Shown in pieces: positions 9,659 to 18,859 of a stretch of 64,000 nucleotides of DNA (its first letter is position 1; each line of letters opens with the position of its first letter). Below the pieces are notes generated by a model that saw only the letters and a list, made by a program, of their open reading frames with translations, did no database searches and was not told the origin of the DNA. Origin of the DNA: Actinomycetota bacterium (GTDB taxonomy: Bacteria > Actinomycetota > UBA4738 > JACQTL01). The stretch is from NCBI GenBank assembly GCA_036394995.1, contig DASWED010000089.1:2042-66041 (forward strand), given 5' to 3'. The position numbers were made by a program, and so were the translations under genes.

Positions 9659-10081
9659 TCACGGGAGCAGGCTGACCGAGCCGTCGTCGCGGAGGGTCCA
9701 GTCCGGGTTGTGCGCGACCTCCCACGGGTGGCCGTCGGGATCCACGAACACCCCCGAGTACCCGCCCCAGAACCTCTCGGCGCCCTCCCGGGGGATCTCC
9801 GCCCCCGACGCCCGGGCCAGGCTGATGATCGCGTCCACAGCCGCGGGAGACCGGACGTTGTGGGCCAGCGTCACGCCGCCCCACCCGCCCCCGTCCTCGA
9901 CGCCGCTGTCCTCCGCCAGGCTCGCTCGGTCCCACAGCGCCACGACCATGCAGCCCGCCTGGAAGAACACGACGTCGTCACCGGGTGCGGCGCCGGTCGT
10001 CCACCCCAGCGCCTCGTAGAACCGGCGTGACCGCTCGAGGTCGCGGACCCCGAGCGTGACCAGGCTCAGGCGTTGTTCCAT
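9659..10081 (-). CDS. VOC (glyoxalase/bleomycin-resistance/dioxygenase) family protein
   Basis: 140 aa. [23 protein letters not shown]...[16 protein letters not shown] is the classic VOC fold signature. Confidence 0.9.
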   Translation of the reverse strand: MEQRLSLVTLGVRDLERSRRFYEALGWTTGAAPGDDVVFFQAGCMVVALWDRASLAEDSGVEDGGGWGGVTLAHNVRSPAAVDAIISLARASGAEIPREGAERFWGGYSGVFVDPDGHPWEVAHNPDWTLRDDGSVSLLP

Positions 10082-10221
10082 CGAAGACTCCTCTCGTCGG
10101 GGTGATCCATTCTCGCGTTCGCTCCGATCACGCGTCCGATCGCCGGCACCGTACCGGTTGCGCCCCCGACCAGGTGGGCCTACGGTCTGGTCGTGCTCGG
10201 TCGGCCTGTGAGAAGGAGACG

Positions 10222-11628
10222 GTGGTGACGTTCGACTACGACCTCCTGGCGATCGGGTGCGGGCCGGCCGGCCAGCGAGCGGTGATCCAGGCGGCGAAGC
10301 TGGGGAAGCGGGCCGCGGTCGTGGAGCGGCGGCAGGTCGGCGGGGTGTGCGTGATGAGCGGGACCATCCCGTCGAAGACGCTTCGCGAGGCGGTGATCTA
10401 TCTCACGGGGCTGGGCCAGCGCGGGATCTACGGGCAGAGCTACCGGCTCAAGGAGGACATCACGATGGAGGACCTCCGGGGCCGGGCCGACGACGTGGTC
10501 CGCCGGGAGATCGACGTCATCCGCGACCAGCTGGTCCGCAACCACGTGACCCTGCTCGAGGGCTCGGCCCGGTTCGCCGATCCCCACACCGTCGTGGTGG
10601 AGCGGAAGGACGGGGGCGAACGGCCGGTCACGGCGGAGAGCATCGTGATCGCCTCCGGCACGAAGCCGGCCCGGCCGCCCTCCGTGGAATTCGACGACCG
10701 GACCGTGTTCGACTCCGACGGCCTGGTGGAGATGGACCGGATCCCCGGAGCGCTGGTGGTGGTGGGCGGCGGAGTGATCGGGATCGAGTACGCCTCGATG
10801 TTCGCGGCCCTGGGGACCAAGGTCACGGTGGTGGACATGCGCCGGAGGATCCTGGAATTCTGCGACGACGAGATCGTGGAGGGGCTCCAGCACCAGCTCC
10901 GGGACCTCGGGGTGACGTTCCGGCTGGGCGAGGAGGTCACCGCCGTGGAATCGCTCGACCAGGGGGCGTTGATCGAGCTCGCCAGCGGCAAGCGCATCGC
11001 GGCGGAGGCCGTGCTGTACTCGGCCGGCCGGGAGGGCGCCACCGAAGGGCTGGACCTGGAGCGGGCCGGGCTGTCCGTCGACGAACGGGGCCGGATCCCC
11101 GTGGGCCGGACCTTCCGGACGAGCGCTCCCCACATCTACGCGGTGGGCGACGTCATCGGGTTCCCCAGCCTGGCGGCCACGGCCATGGAGCAGGGTCGCA
11201 TCGCCGCGCTCGACGCGCTGGGCCAGGAGGTCCGGGACATGCAGGAGCTCCTGCCGATCGGGATCTACACGATCCCCGAGATCAGCTTCGTGGGCAGGAC
11301 CGAGTCCGAGCTCACCGATGCCGCCATCCCGTACGAGGTGGGCATCTCGAGGTACCGCGAGCTGGCCCGGGGACAGATCCTGGGAGACTCCTACGGCATG
11401 CTGAAGATCCTGGTGTCGCAGGAGGACCGGACGCTGCTGGGGGTGCACGTGCTGGGGACCGGCGCCACCGAGCTGGTGCACATCGGGCAGGCCGTGATGG
11501 GCAACGGCGGGACCCTCGACTACCTGACCGGGGCGGTCTTCAACTACCCGACGCTGGCAGAGAGCTACAAGGTGGCCGCCCTCGACGCGAACAACAAGCT
11601 CCACGCGGTGCGCCGCCTGGCGGGCTGA
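10222..11628 (+). CDS. sthA: Soluble pyridine nucleotide transhydrogenase / class I flavoprotein disulfide reductase family
   Basis: GTG 10222/10225 follows GAAGGAG. FAD motif IGCGPAG, the [19 protein letters not shown] segment (SthA has GTIPSK in place of a redox disulfide), an NAD-binding GGGVIG, and a dimerisation domain. Confidence 0.8.
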   Translation: MVTFDYDLLAIGCGPAGQRAVIQAAKLGKRAAVVERRQVGGVCVMSGTIPSKTLREAVIYLTGLGQRGIYGQSYRLKEDITMEDLRGRADDVVRREIDVIRDQLVRNHVTLLEGSARFADPHTVVVERKDGGERPVTAESIVIASGTKPARPPSVEFDDRTVFDSDGLVEMDRIPGALVVVGGGVIGIEYASMFAALGTKVTVVDMRRRILEFCDDEIVEGLQHQLRDLGVTFRLGEEVTAVESLDQGALIELASGKRIAAEAVLYSAGREGATEGLDLERAGLSVDERGRIPVGRTFRTSAPHIYAVGDVIGFPSLAATAMEQGRIAALDALGQEVRDMQELLPIGIYTIPEISFVGRTESELTDAAIPYEVGISRYRELARGQILGDSYGMLKILVSQEDRTLLGVHVLGTGATELVHIGQAVMGNGGTLDYLTGAVFNYPTLAESYKVAALDANNKLHAVRRLAG

Positions 11629-11633
11629 CGACG

Positions 11634-12077
11634 ATGGCGAGAGACTTCGACACCATGGTGCGGCCCGGGCTGGAGGGGCTGCTCGAACCGGGGGAGACAC
11701 TGCGGGGCCTGGCCGCCGCGACCTTCCAGAAGACCTTCAGCGGCGGGCTCTACGCGATCGGTGTCACCGACCGGCGCCTCATCCTCCAACCGCTCGACCG
11801 GAAGCTCCAGCCGAAGAAACCTGCCCGCTCGGTGGGGCGGGCGGACGTGGCCAAGGCCGAGCTCGGTGGGGCGGGCGGCGGGGACTTCAACGCGGCATCC
11901 GCCGTGATGGACGCGGCCGCCCTGACGCTGGTATTGAGGACGACCGACGGGCAGAAGTTCAAGCTCTCGATGATGCGCGGCAGCGACGGGGTCCTCGGCG
12001 GGCTGAGCGGAGGAGCCGCCCAGCTCCAGGGGGTCACCGCCCTCACCGACTGGCTCCGGGGCGAGCCCGCCGGGTAG
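11634..12077 (+). CDS. Hypothetical protein, bacterial PH-like (YokE-like) fold suspected
   Basis: ATG 11634 lies 6 nt after the sthA stop. 147 aa with GETLRGLAAATFQK...GLYAIGVTDRRLIL, reminiscent of bPH domains. This is the tail of the longer off-frame track ORF 10257..12077. Confidence 0.55.
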   Translation: MARDFDTMVRPGLEGLLEPGETLRGLAAATFQKTFSGGLYAIGVTDRRLILQPLDRKLQPKKPARSVGRADVAKAELGGAGGGDFNAASAVMDAAALTLVLRTTDGQKFKLSMMRGSDGVLGGLSGGAAQLQGVTALTDWLRGEPAG

Positions 12078-12102
12078 CCCTCCGCCTCACGGCCCGAGGT
12101 GC

Positions 12103-13710
12103 GTGCCGGTGGCCGAGGAGAGGCGGCCGGAGCCCAAGCGGCCTCGGAGGGGGAGAATCTGGCCCGTGCTGTTCGAGGACATCGCGCGAGCCTCGGTCGG
12201 CGTGGCCGCCACCCCGAAGCGGTTGGAGAAGGTGGCCCGCCTGGCCGAGGCGCTGGGGCATGCCTCTCCGGACGAGGTGCCGGTCGCCGTGGCCCACCTG
12301 TCGGGCGACATCCCCGGCGGGACCATCGGGGTGGGGTGGGCCTCGCTTCGGGACCCTCCGCCCCCCGCCGCGACCGCCACGCTCCGGGTCCTGGAGGTCC
12401 AGCGGGCGTTCGAGGAGCTCCGTTCGACCGCCGGTTCGGGGTCCCAGACCCGGCGGAGGGCGATCCTGCACGACCTCCTGGCGCGGGCGACGGCCCCGGA
12501 GCAGGCCTTCCTTCGGGGGTTGATGCTCGGCGAGATCCGCCAGGGGGCCCTGGAGGGGTTGATGGTGGAGGCGGTGGCCAGGGCGTCGGGCGTGGGCGCG
12601 GCGGAGGTCCGGCGGGCGGCCATGCTCGCCGGAGACCTGGCCCAGGTGGCCCGAACGGCGGTGGTCGAGGGCCCGGCCGGCCTGGCCCGGTTCCGGCTCA
12701 CCGTGCTCCGGCCCGTCCAGCCCATGCTGGCCCAGTCGGCCGAGGGCATCGCCGACGCCCTGGCCCGGATCGGCGGGCCGGCCGCGATGGAGTGGAAGCT
12801 CGACGGCGCCAGGCTGCAGGTCCACCGGCTGGGTTCCGAGGTCCGCGCCTTCACCCGGAACCTCGCCGACGTCACCGACCGGGTTCCCGAGGTCGTGGAG
12901 TCCGTCCTGGGCCTCCCGGTGCGGTCCGTCGTGCTGGACGGCGAGGCCATCGCGCTCCGAGCCACCGGTCGGCCCCACCGGTTCCAGTCGACGATGAGCC
13001 GGTTCGGTTCGCAGCTGGAGGTCGAACGGCACCGGGCCGCCACCCCGCTGTCGGCGTTCTTCTTCGACTGCCTGCACCTCGACGGGGAGGACCTCCTGGA
13101 CCGGCCCGAACGGGCCCGGTTCGAGGCCATGGCCGCGCGGATCCCCGAGGGCCTCCGGATCCCCCGGATCGAGACCGACGACCGTGGGGAGGCGGAGGCG
13201 TTCTTCGAACAGGCCATCCAGCGGGGTCACGAGGGCGTGATGGTGAAGGCTCCGGGGTCGCCGTACGAAGCCGGGCGGCGCGGGGCCACCTGGCTGAAGG
13301 TCAAGCGGGCCGACACCCTCGACCTCGTGGTGCTGGCCGCGGAATGGGGTCACGGACGGCGCCGCGGCTTGTTGTCGAACCTCCATCTGGGGGCCCGGGA
13401 CCCGGCCTCGGGTGGGTTCGTCATGCTGGGGAAGACGTTCAAGGGGATGACCGACGCCGTCCTGGCCTGGCAGACGGAACGGTTCCAGCAGATCGAGACC
13501 GGCCGCGACCCGTACACCGTGTACGTTCGCCCGGAGCTCGTCGTGGAGGTTGCATTCGACGGCGTGCAGGCCAGCACGCGGTACCCGGCCGGACTGGCGC
13601 TTCGCTTCGCCCGCATCAAGGGATACCGGCCGGACAAGCGCCCCGAGGACGCCGACACCATCGACGCCGTCCGGGCCATCCACGCCCGGGGCGCGGACGA
13701 GACAGGATAA
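12103..13710 (+). CDS. lig: ATP-dependent DNA ligase (LigB-type)
   Basis: Adenylation motif I EWKLDGARLQVH (KxDG). Contains the DNA-binding, adenylation and OB domains expected at about 510-535 aa. GTG start at 12103. Confidence 0.9.
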   Translation: MPVAEERRPEPKRPRRGRIWPVLFEDIARASVGVAATPKRLEKVARLAEALGHASPDEVPVAVAHLSGDIPGGTIGVGWASLRDPPPPAATATLRVLEVQRAFEELRSTAGSGSQTRRRAILHDLLARATAPEQAFLRGLMLGEIRQGALEGLMVEAVARASGVGAAEVRRAAMLAGDLAQVARTAVVEGPAGLARFRLTVLRPVQPMLAQSAEGIADALARIGGPAAMEWKLDGARLQVHRLGSEVRAFTRNLADVTDRVPEVVESVLGLPVRSVVLDGEAIALRATGRPHRFQSTMSRFGSQLEVERHRAATPLSAFFFDCLHLDGEDLLDRPERARFEAMAARIPEGLRIPRIETDDRGEAEAFFEQAIQRGHEGVMVKAPGSPYEAGRRGATWLKVKRADTLDLVVLAAEWGHGRRRGLLSNLHLGARDPASGGFVMLGKTFKGMTDAVLAWQTERFQQIETGRDPYTVYVRPELVVEVAFDGVQASTRYPAGLALRFARIKGYRPDKRPEDADTIDAVRAIHARGADETG

Positions 13711-13751
13711 CCCCGCACGGAACGGGGAACGTTCCTCCGAGGACAACCGAG

Positions 13752-13874
13752 ATGTCCGGAGATGCAGCCATGGCCAGCGCGAAGCAGGTGCAGGCGGCCA
13801 AGCGCAAGAACATCGCCGGCCGGTCCCGCATGGGCAAGTGGGACCTGATCCAGGCCATCCGCAAGGCGTCGTAA
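13752..13874 (+). CDS. Small basic protein (40 aa) with Rho-N/SAP-like helix-extended-helix
   Basis: ATG 13752. The sequence KRKNIAGRSRMGKWDLIQAIRKAS resembles Rho_N-like tails. It is followed by a strong intrinsic terminator, which suggests it ends the ligase transcription unit. Confidence 0.45.
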   Translation: MSGDAAMASAKQVQAAKRKNIAGRSRMGKWDLIQAIRKAS

Positions 13875-13900
13875 CAGGGAACGGCGACTCGTTCGGCGAA

Positions 13901-13946
13901 CGCGCCGCTCCACCCGACGCCGCGGTGGAGCGGCGCGGTTCGTTTT
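13901..13946 (+). terminator. Intrinsic terminator
   Basis: 13-bp perfect GC-rich stem (13901-13913 CGCGCCGCTCCAC pairs with 13925-13937 GTGGAGCGGCGCG), followed by GTTCGTTTT. Confidence 0.6.
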
Positions 13947-14036
13947 GCCCGACCCCGTGGAGGGAATACCGGACCCGAACCGAACGCCGACTCACCGGGC
14001 GCGAGGTCGCCCGCGCCGAAAGAGGGGTTGCCCGTG

Positions 14037-15599
14037 ATGCGCACGCTCCGAGCCGTCCTCGCCGTGGCCCTGGTGGGGGCCGCCCTCACGATGGTCGCCG
14101 GCCCCGCGGCGGCCCACAACGAACGGTCGGTGGAGTCGCCGCCCCGGCCGGGGCCGTGGCCGGACGTCGACCGTGTCCAGCCGCACGTGGTGGTGTGCAA
14201 GGCCTCCAGCGAGCCCACCGCCTCGGAACGTTCGACGTACCTGAACCGGATCGCGGCCACGCGGGGCGAGGCCCGTTCCTACTGGCAGGCCCGGCTGGCA
14301 AACTGGAAGCTCAACGCGGTCCTGTGGCCGCAGTGCCGGTTCCACGACATCCAGGCCGCGGTGAACGCCGTGGCCGGTCACCGCGACATCCTGGTCATGC
14401 CGGGGGAGTACGAGGAGTACCCCAGCCGGAAGGCCCCCGACCTCCCGGCCGACGGCTCGGACGGAACGTACTCCTACGACTTCCAGAAGGCCCACCCGAA
14501 CGCGATCAACCTCGTCGGGATCATCGGCAAGCCGTCGATCACGTTGCAGGGCACCGGGTTCGACCGTGACGACGTCGTGATCGACGCCGGGTTCAGCAAG
14601 CACGTGGGGATCCGGGTCGACCGTTCGAACGGGTTCATCGCCCGGAACTTCACGGTGGAGCACGCCGTGGAGCACGGCCTGTACACGATCGAGTCGGACA
14701 CGTACCTGTACGACGACGTGGCGGGGAAGTACAGCGGCGAGTACCAGCTGTTCGGGTTCGCCTCCGACCACGGGATCATCCAGAACTGCGAGGCGGTCGG
14801 CGGGGGAGACTCCGGGATCTACGTGGGCGGCGCGCCGGACAGCGGACGCATCAACACGATCGTGCAGAACTGCCGGATCCACCACAACGTCCTGGGGTTC
14901 TCCGGCACGAACGCCAACTACGTCGTGCTCCGCGACAACGACTGGTACGACAACGCCACCGGGATCGTGGTCGATGCCGAGTCCGACCACCCGAACTACC
15001 CGCCGGGCCACGTCCGGATGGTCGGGAACCGCGTCTACAACAACAACTTCAACGTGTACTCCCCGAAGTCGAACGTGAAGCCCATCGGGTTCACGCGGGA
15101 CACCATTCACGCCCCGGTCGGCACCGGCATCGTCATGGCGTCGTTCAACCACTCGCTGATCCGGGGGAACTGGATCTGGAACAACCACGCGCTGGGCATC
15201 GGGCTGTCGTCCCTCGAGGTGGAGGATCGCGGCGCGACCGCGACGTACGACACCATCGTGGGGAACTGGATGACCAGGCCCGGCGGGATCGAGTCCCCCA
15301 ACGGCACCGACCTGTTCTGGGACGGCATCGGCGAGGGGAACTGCTGGGACCCGAACCACGGTGCGAGCTCCACGCCGGAGAGCCTGCCCCGGTGCGACTC
15401 GGCGTTCGCCGAGAACGGCCTGCCGAACCCCGCGGAGCCGAATGCGCAGAACATCGCCATCGAGGGCGGCCTGATCGTGATGGACCCGGACAAGGGCGAG
15501 CTGGTGTGCGACCACACGGGAACGGAACCCTGCCCCTCCGGCCCCGGCCCCAAGGAGGGCGACAACACCCGCGAGGGCGACGACCCCGACGACTACTGA
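14037..15599 (+). CDS. Secreted right-handed parallel beta-helix repeat protein (NosD/pectate-lyase-fold)
   Basis: ATG 14037 lies 9 nt after AGAGGGG. Signal peptide MRTLRAVLAVALVGAALTMVAGPAAAH. Repeated beta-helix turns (NCRIHHNVLGF..., LRDNDWYDNATGIVV, GNRVYNNNF, GNWIWNNHALGIGL). Confidence 0.8.
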   Translation: MRTLRAVLAVALVGAALTMVAGPAAAHNERSVESPPRPGPWPDVDRVQPHVVVCKASSEPTASERSTYLNRIAATRGEARSYWQARLANWKLNAVLWPQCRFHDIQAAVNAVAGHRDILVMPGEYEEYPSRKAPDLPADGSDGTYSYDFQKAHPNAINLVGIIGKPSITLQGTGFDRDDVVIDAGFSKHVGIRVDRSNGFIARNFTVEHAVEHGLYTIESDTYLYDDVAGKYSGEYQLFGFASDHGIIQNCEAVGGGDSGIYVGGAPDSGRINTIVQNCRIHHNVLGFSGTNANYVVLRDNDWYDNATGIVVDAESDHPNYPPGHVRMVGNRVYNNNFNVYSPKSNVKPIGFTRDTIHAPVGTGIVMASFNHSLIRGNWIWNNHALGIGLSSLEVEDRGATATYDTIVGNWMTRPGGIESPNGTDLFWDGIGEGNCWDPNHGASSTPESLPRCDSAFAENGLPNPAEPNAQNIAIEGGLIVMDPDKGELVCDHTGTEPCPSGPGPKEGDNTREGDDPDDY

Positions 15600-15653
15600 G
15601 CGATTCGAGGCCCTCCCGTTGACACCGATCGGACCCGCCGGGAGACTCGCCCG

Positions 15654-16076
15654 GTGGATCTGCGGAGATCGCGCCGCCTGACCGCGCTGTGCGCCGTCGT
15701 GGTCGCCGTCGGCGGTTCGGCATGCTCGAACGACGAGCACGTCCTGTCATCCTTCGGGCACGGGGAGGCTCGCGTCCAGACCCGGAGCGGCAGCTTCGAT
15801 CTGGTCACGGCCACGGCGACCTTCGATCCCCAGACCCGGGAGGTGGACGGCAGCTGGTCGGGGGACGGGCGGACGTTCACCGTCGCGGGCCCCGCCCGAG
15901 TGGGGTCCTATCCGACGTCGAACAGCTTCGTGGTGGCGCTCGACGGAGGGGGAGGGTTCTCCTCGCGCGACGGCTCGTGCACCGTCCAGGTGACCCGGGC
16001 GGACTCCGACGGCGTGGCCGGCGACTTCGACTGCCGGGACGGCGGGATCTCGGGCTCGTTCACGCTGTCCCCCTGA
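15654..16076 (+). CDS. Hypothetical lipoprotein
   Basis: GTG 15654. N-terminus RRSRRLTALCAVVVAVGGSAC carries a signal peptide with lipobox Cys. No recognisable domain. Confidence 0.6.
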   Translation: MDLRRSRRLTALCAVVVAVGGSACSNDEHVLSSFGHGEARVQTRSGSFDLVTATATFDPQTREVDGSWSGDGRTFTVAGPARVGSYPTSNSFVVALDGGGGFSSRDGSCTVQVTRADSDGVAGDFDCRDGGISGSFTLSP

Positions 16077-16205
16077 CGCGATTCCGAGACGGTCCGGTCC
16101 CGCGCGCGCTCGACGCGCGCCACCCGCTTCAGGGCCTCGACCTTCTCGGTCCGGCCGGCCCCGACCTGCCGCACCGCCGAACCCTCCCGTCCGCCCCTGA
16201 CACGC

Positions 16206-16607
16206 TCAGTCGCTGGACGGCATGGCCCGTCGCGCCAGCTCGAGGAGTCCGCGCCAGGCGGCCAGCAGCAGGCCGGTGACGATCACGGTCACCGCCATGA
16301 ACGTGAAGGTCTTGGTCCCGTAGCCGTGGCCGAGGATGGCGGCCCGCAGGAGGACCCCGGCCGGGACGCCGAGGATCCAGGCCGCGGCGAGCGTCCGGAC
16401 CCCCGGGCGGCGGTAGGTCCCGACCGCCAGGGCGGCGGCGAGGAAGCCGGCCAGGACCGGGCCCGCGTTGCGCACCAGCCCGGCGGCGGTCTCCCCCTCC
16501 CGGTGGCTGGCCAGGCCGATCACCGCGAACAGGACGATGGCGACGGCGTCCCCCAACGCCAGGATCCATGGCCGGCGGAGGGTGTCGGCCCGGCGGGCGG
16601 TCCTCAC
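16206..16607 (-). CDS. DUF3054-like integral membrane protein
   Basis: GTG 16607 overlaps the upstream stop (GTGA). Four predicted TM helices (ILALGDAVAIVLFAVIGLASH...). The family call is from memory. Confidence 0.65.
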   Translation of the reverse strand: MRTARRADTLRRPWILALGDAVAIVLFAVIGLASHREGETAAGLVRNAGPVLAGFLAAALAVGTYRRPGVRTLAAAWILGVPAGVLLRAAILGHGYGTKTFTFMAVTVIVTGLLLAAWRGLLELARRAMPSSD

Positions 16608-17113
16608 CGTTCGCGCTTCTTCCCCCGGCCCGGTCCGGGGTGCTCGAGGGTCGCGGCCAGGGCCTCGACGATCTGCTCCTCCAGCCACCCCAGGTAGTGG
16701 TAGATCGCGTGGTGGTAGGCATCGGGGGCGTCCTCGTCGAGGTCGCGGAAGTTGGTCTCCTCGGTGACCTCCAGCTTGGTGCCCAGGACCAGGCGGATGT
16801 CGTTGATCGAGCTCATCCACGCCACCAGCTCGTCCTCGCTGATCCGCTGGGCGTCGAGTGTCCGCCGGAACGTCCGGACGGCCTCCACCCGCTGAGCCAC
16901 CAGGTCGTCCCGCACGAGGTGCTCGTATTCCTCGTTGGCCAGGGGATCGTCAGGGTAGGCGGGGGGGAACACCCGCTCCAGGGCGGGGTCGTCGCCGGGG
17001 AGCATCTCCTCCAGCTCGCCGGCCAGCTTGCGGAGCACGACGCGCTCGGGTTCGGGGACCCGCAGCTCGTAGTCGCCCCGCCGGGTCCGGCGGACCCGGG
17101 CGTCCAGGTTCAG
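16604..17113 (-). CDS. DUF2017 domain protein (ClpS-associated); 5' end uncertain, non-canonical start suspected
   Basis: The conserved body is ...RRTRRGDYELRVPEPERVVLRKLAGELEEML...HHAIYHYLGWLEEQIVEAL. The first canonical start (GTG 17038) would truncate the conserved N-terminus. The frame is open back to the clpS stop (17132-17134), with in-frame CTG at 17113 and 17107 and ATC at 17128. Confidence 0.65.
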   Translation of the reverse strand: MNLDARVRRTRRGDYELRVPEPERVVLRKLAGELEEMLPGDDPALERVFPPAYPDDPLANEEYEHLVRDDLVAQRVEAVRTFRRTLDAQRISEDELVAWMSSINDIRLVLGTKLEVTEETNFRDLDEDAPDAYHHAIYHYLGWLEEQIVEALAATLEHPGPGRGKKRER

Positions 17114-17131
17114 GGACCGACGGTCGATCGG

Positions 17132-17431
17132 TCAGTCCTTCTGCATCGTGGCCCACAGCCCGTGGGCGTGGAGCCGGGAGACATCGAACTCGGCCTTCTC
17201 GCGGTTCCCGGAGGACACCGCGGCCCGGCCCTTGTGGTGGACGTCGAGCATCAGGCGCTCGGCCTTGGACCGGGGATAGCCGAACAGCTTCTGGAACACG
17301 AACGTCACGTACGACATCAGGTTGATGGGGTCGTTCCACACGATGACCACCCACGGGCGGTCCGGGATCGCGACCTCGTCGCCGGACGGGCGATCGACCT
17401 CCACGGGCGCGGTGGTGCTCACACCCTCCAT
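17132..17431 (-). CDS. clpS: ATP-dependent Clp protease adaptor ClpS
   Basis: 99 aa. [46 protein letters not shown] is the ClpS core. Confidence 0.9.
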   Translation of the reverse strand: MEGVSTTAPVEVDRPSGDEVAIPDRPWVVIVWNDPINLMSYVTFVFQKLFGYPRSKAERLMLDVHHKGRAAVSSGNREKAEFDVSRLHAHGLWATMQKD

Positions 17432-17496
17432 TGTGGCAGGGAGCCGGCACCACAGGCCAGGGCGCAGGTCATACCCGAGCCGGAAGGGGCAGGCCG

Positions 17497-17736
17497 CTAC
17501 GGAACGGAGACGAACGCGCGGTGGATCTCGGGCTGGACGACCGGGGCGCGGTGTCCCAGGGCCCAGCCCTCCTTGTCGTCGTGCACGCCAGTGACCTCAC
17601 CGCAGTGCGGACAGATCTCCGCCCGCCAGGTGCCGTCGTTGGCCCGATGCCGGCGCATGTCCCGAACCACTCCGGCCAGCAGGGCGATCGCCGCGAGGGT
17701 GAGTCCGCACTGGGAGCACAGCGTGTCGTTGTACAT
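17497..17736 (-). CDS. Small CxxC...CxxC (zinc-ribbon-like) protein
   Basis: 79 aa with CSQC and CPHC pairs. Immediately upstream of clpS on the same strand. Confidence 0.5.
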   Translation of the reverse strand: MYNDTLCSQCGLTLAAIALLAGVVRDMRRHRANDGTWRAEICPHCGEVTGVHDDKEGWALGHRAPVVQPEIHRAFVSVP

Positions 17737-17872
17737 CGCAAGATAGGTGTCGGGACCGGGGAGCGAATCCTTGAGCGCCCGGGGCAGCTTGCCCGTCGCG
17801 GTGGGACAGGAACGTCTCGAATCGTGCCCGGGCGAGGCCCCGTCCGGCTGGGAACAGGGTGTCGGGAGGGGC

Positions 17873-17881
17873 TGCTATAGT
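17873..17881 (+). promoter_or_regulatory. Candidate extended -10 promoter element for cspA
   Basis: TGcTATAGT at 17873-17881. This would give a 5' UTR of roughly 110 nt before ATG 17999. Long structured 5' UTRs are typical of csp genes. Confidence 0.4.
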
Positions 17882-17998
17882 CCGCAATCGAGGGTTCGGC
17901 AAGGCACAGGTTGTTCGAGCAGTTCCCTCACGGGCCCATGTGGGCCCAGGCCGCCGGGCCGCGAGTCCGGGCGGGCCGGGAAAGGAGGGGATTGCAGA

Positions 17999-18202
17999 AT
18001 GGCAACCGGCGTCGTGAAGTGGTTCAACTCCGAGAAGGGGTACGGCTTCATCTCCCAGGAGGGCGGACCCGACGTGTTCGTGCACTTCTCCGCGATCGCG
18101 GGGGCTGGGTACCGGAACCTGGAGGAGAACCAGAAGGTCGAGTTCGACGTGACCCAGGGACAGAAGGGTCCCCAGGCGGCGAACGTACGGCCGATCGGCT
18201 AG
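17999..18202 (+). CDS. cspA: Cold-shock protein (CspA family)
   Basis: 67 aa, [33 protein letters not shown], with RNP1/RNP2 motifs. SD AAAGGAGGGG at 17981-17990. Confidence 0.95.
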   Translation: MATGVVKWFNSEKGYGFISQEGGPDVFVHFSAIAGAGYRNLEENQKVEFDVTQGQKGPQAANVRPIG

Positions 18203-18259
18203 GCGAGACGGCGCGGCGTCCCGCGTGCGAGGGCGCCCCCGCCGCCGAAACGACGACAG

Positions 18260-18289
18260 CGAAGGGGTCACCGGCGGGTGGCCCCTTCG
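18260..18289. terminator. Hairpin between convergent genes (candidate bidirectional terminator)
   Basis: 13-bp stem (CGAAGGGGTCACC / GGTGGCCCCTTCG, one G-U pair) with a GGCG loop, placed between the cspA stop and the stop of the RGG-tail gene. The T-tract is weak. Confidence 0.45.
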
Positions 18290-18349
18290 TCGTGCCGGGA
18301 ACGGTTCGCGCGGTGAGAGCGGCAGGGAACCAGCCGCCGGGAATCGGCT

Positions 18350-18754
18350 CTAGCGCGGAGCGCCGGCGCCGGGAGGACCGCCGCCGGGAGCGCCGGGGGC
18401 CCCACGGCCGCCGCCGGGACCACCACGACCGCCACCGGGACCGCCGAAGCCTCCCCGGCCACCGCCGGGACCGCCACGACCGCCGCCACCACCGGGTCCG
18501 CCGAAGCCGAACCCGCGCCCGCGTCGTTCGCGGGGGGCCGGCGCCGGGGCCTCCTTGATCTTCACGTTCCGGGGGACGTGGCCGGCGCGCTCCAGGCGGA
18601 CCCTCATGTAGTCGCCGGTCTGGGACCGCTCGATCTCCCGCCATCCGTCGTTCAGCAGGTGCTGGAGCCTCCCCGCGGCGGTCTTGCGGAGCTTGTCCGT
18701 GCCCGGGGTCTTGACGAACAGCCGCTCGTAGCGGACTTCCTTGAAATCACCCAT
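18350..18754 (-). CDS. Small protein with a globular N-domain and a long Arg/Gly (RGG-type) low-complexity C-terminal tail
   Basis: ATG 18754. The N-terminal 70 aa are MGDFKEVRYERLFVKTPGTDKLRKTAAGRLQHLLNDGWREIERSQTGDYMRVRLER. The tail is RGRGFGFGGPGGGGGRGGPGGGRGGFGGPGGGRGGPGGGRG. This is only the 3' part of the 1044-aa track ORF. Confidence 0.7.
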   Translation of the reverse strand: MGDFKEVRYERLFVKTPGTDKLRKTAAGRLQHLLNDGWREIERSQTGDYMRVRLERAGHVPRNVKIKEAPAPAPRERRGRGFGFGGPGGGGGRGGPGGGRGGFGGPGGGRGGPGGGRGAPGAPGGGPPGAGAPR

Positions 18755-18859
18755 GAGTGCCAAAGAGTAGCAGCGGGCGGCCCGCCGCAGCCGGGGGCTG
18801 TTTGGGGCGGTTGCCCTCCGGGTACATGGGCCTGGCACGCCCACGAGAGGGGGAACCAC

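Noticed and set aside
10257-11633. Front part of the 606-aa plus-strand ORF overlapping sthA in another frame
   Set aside because: sthA in frame 1 has FAD/NAD motifs. Only the tail of this ORF (from ATG 11634, after the sthA stop) is retained as a separate small gene.
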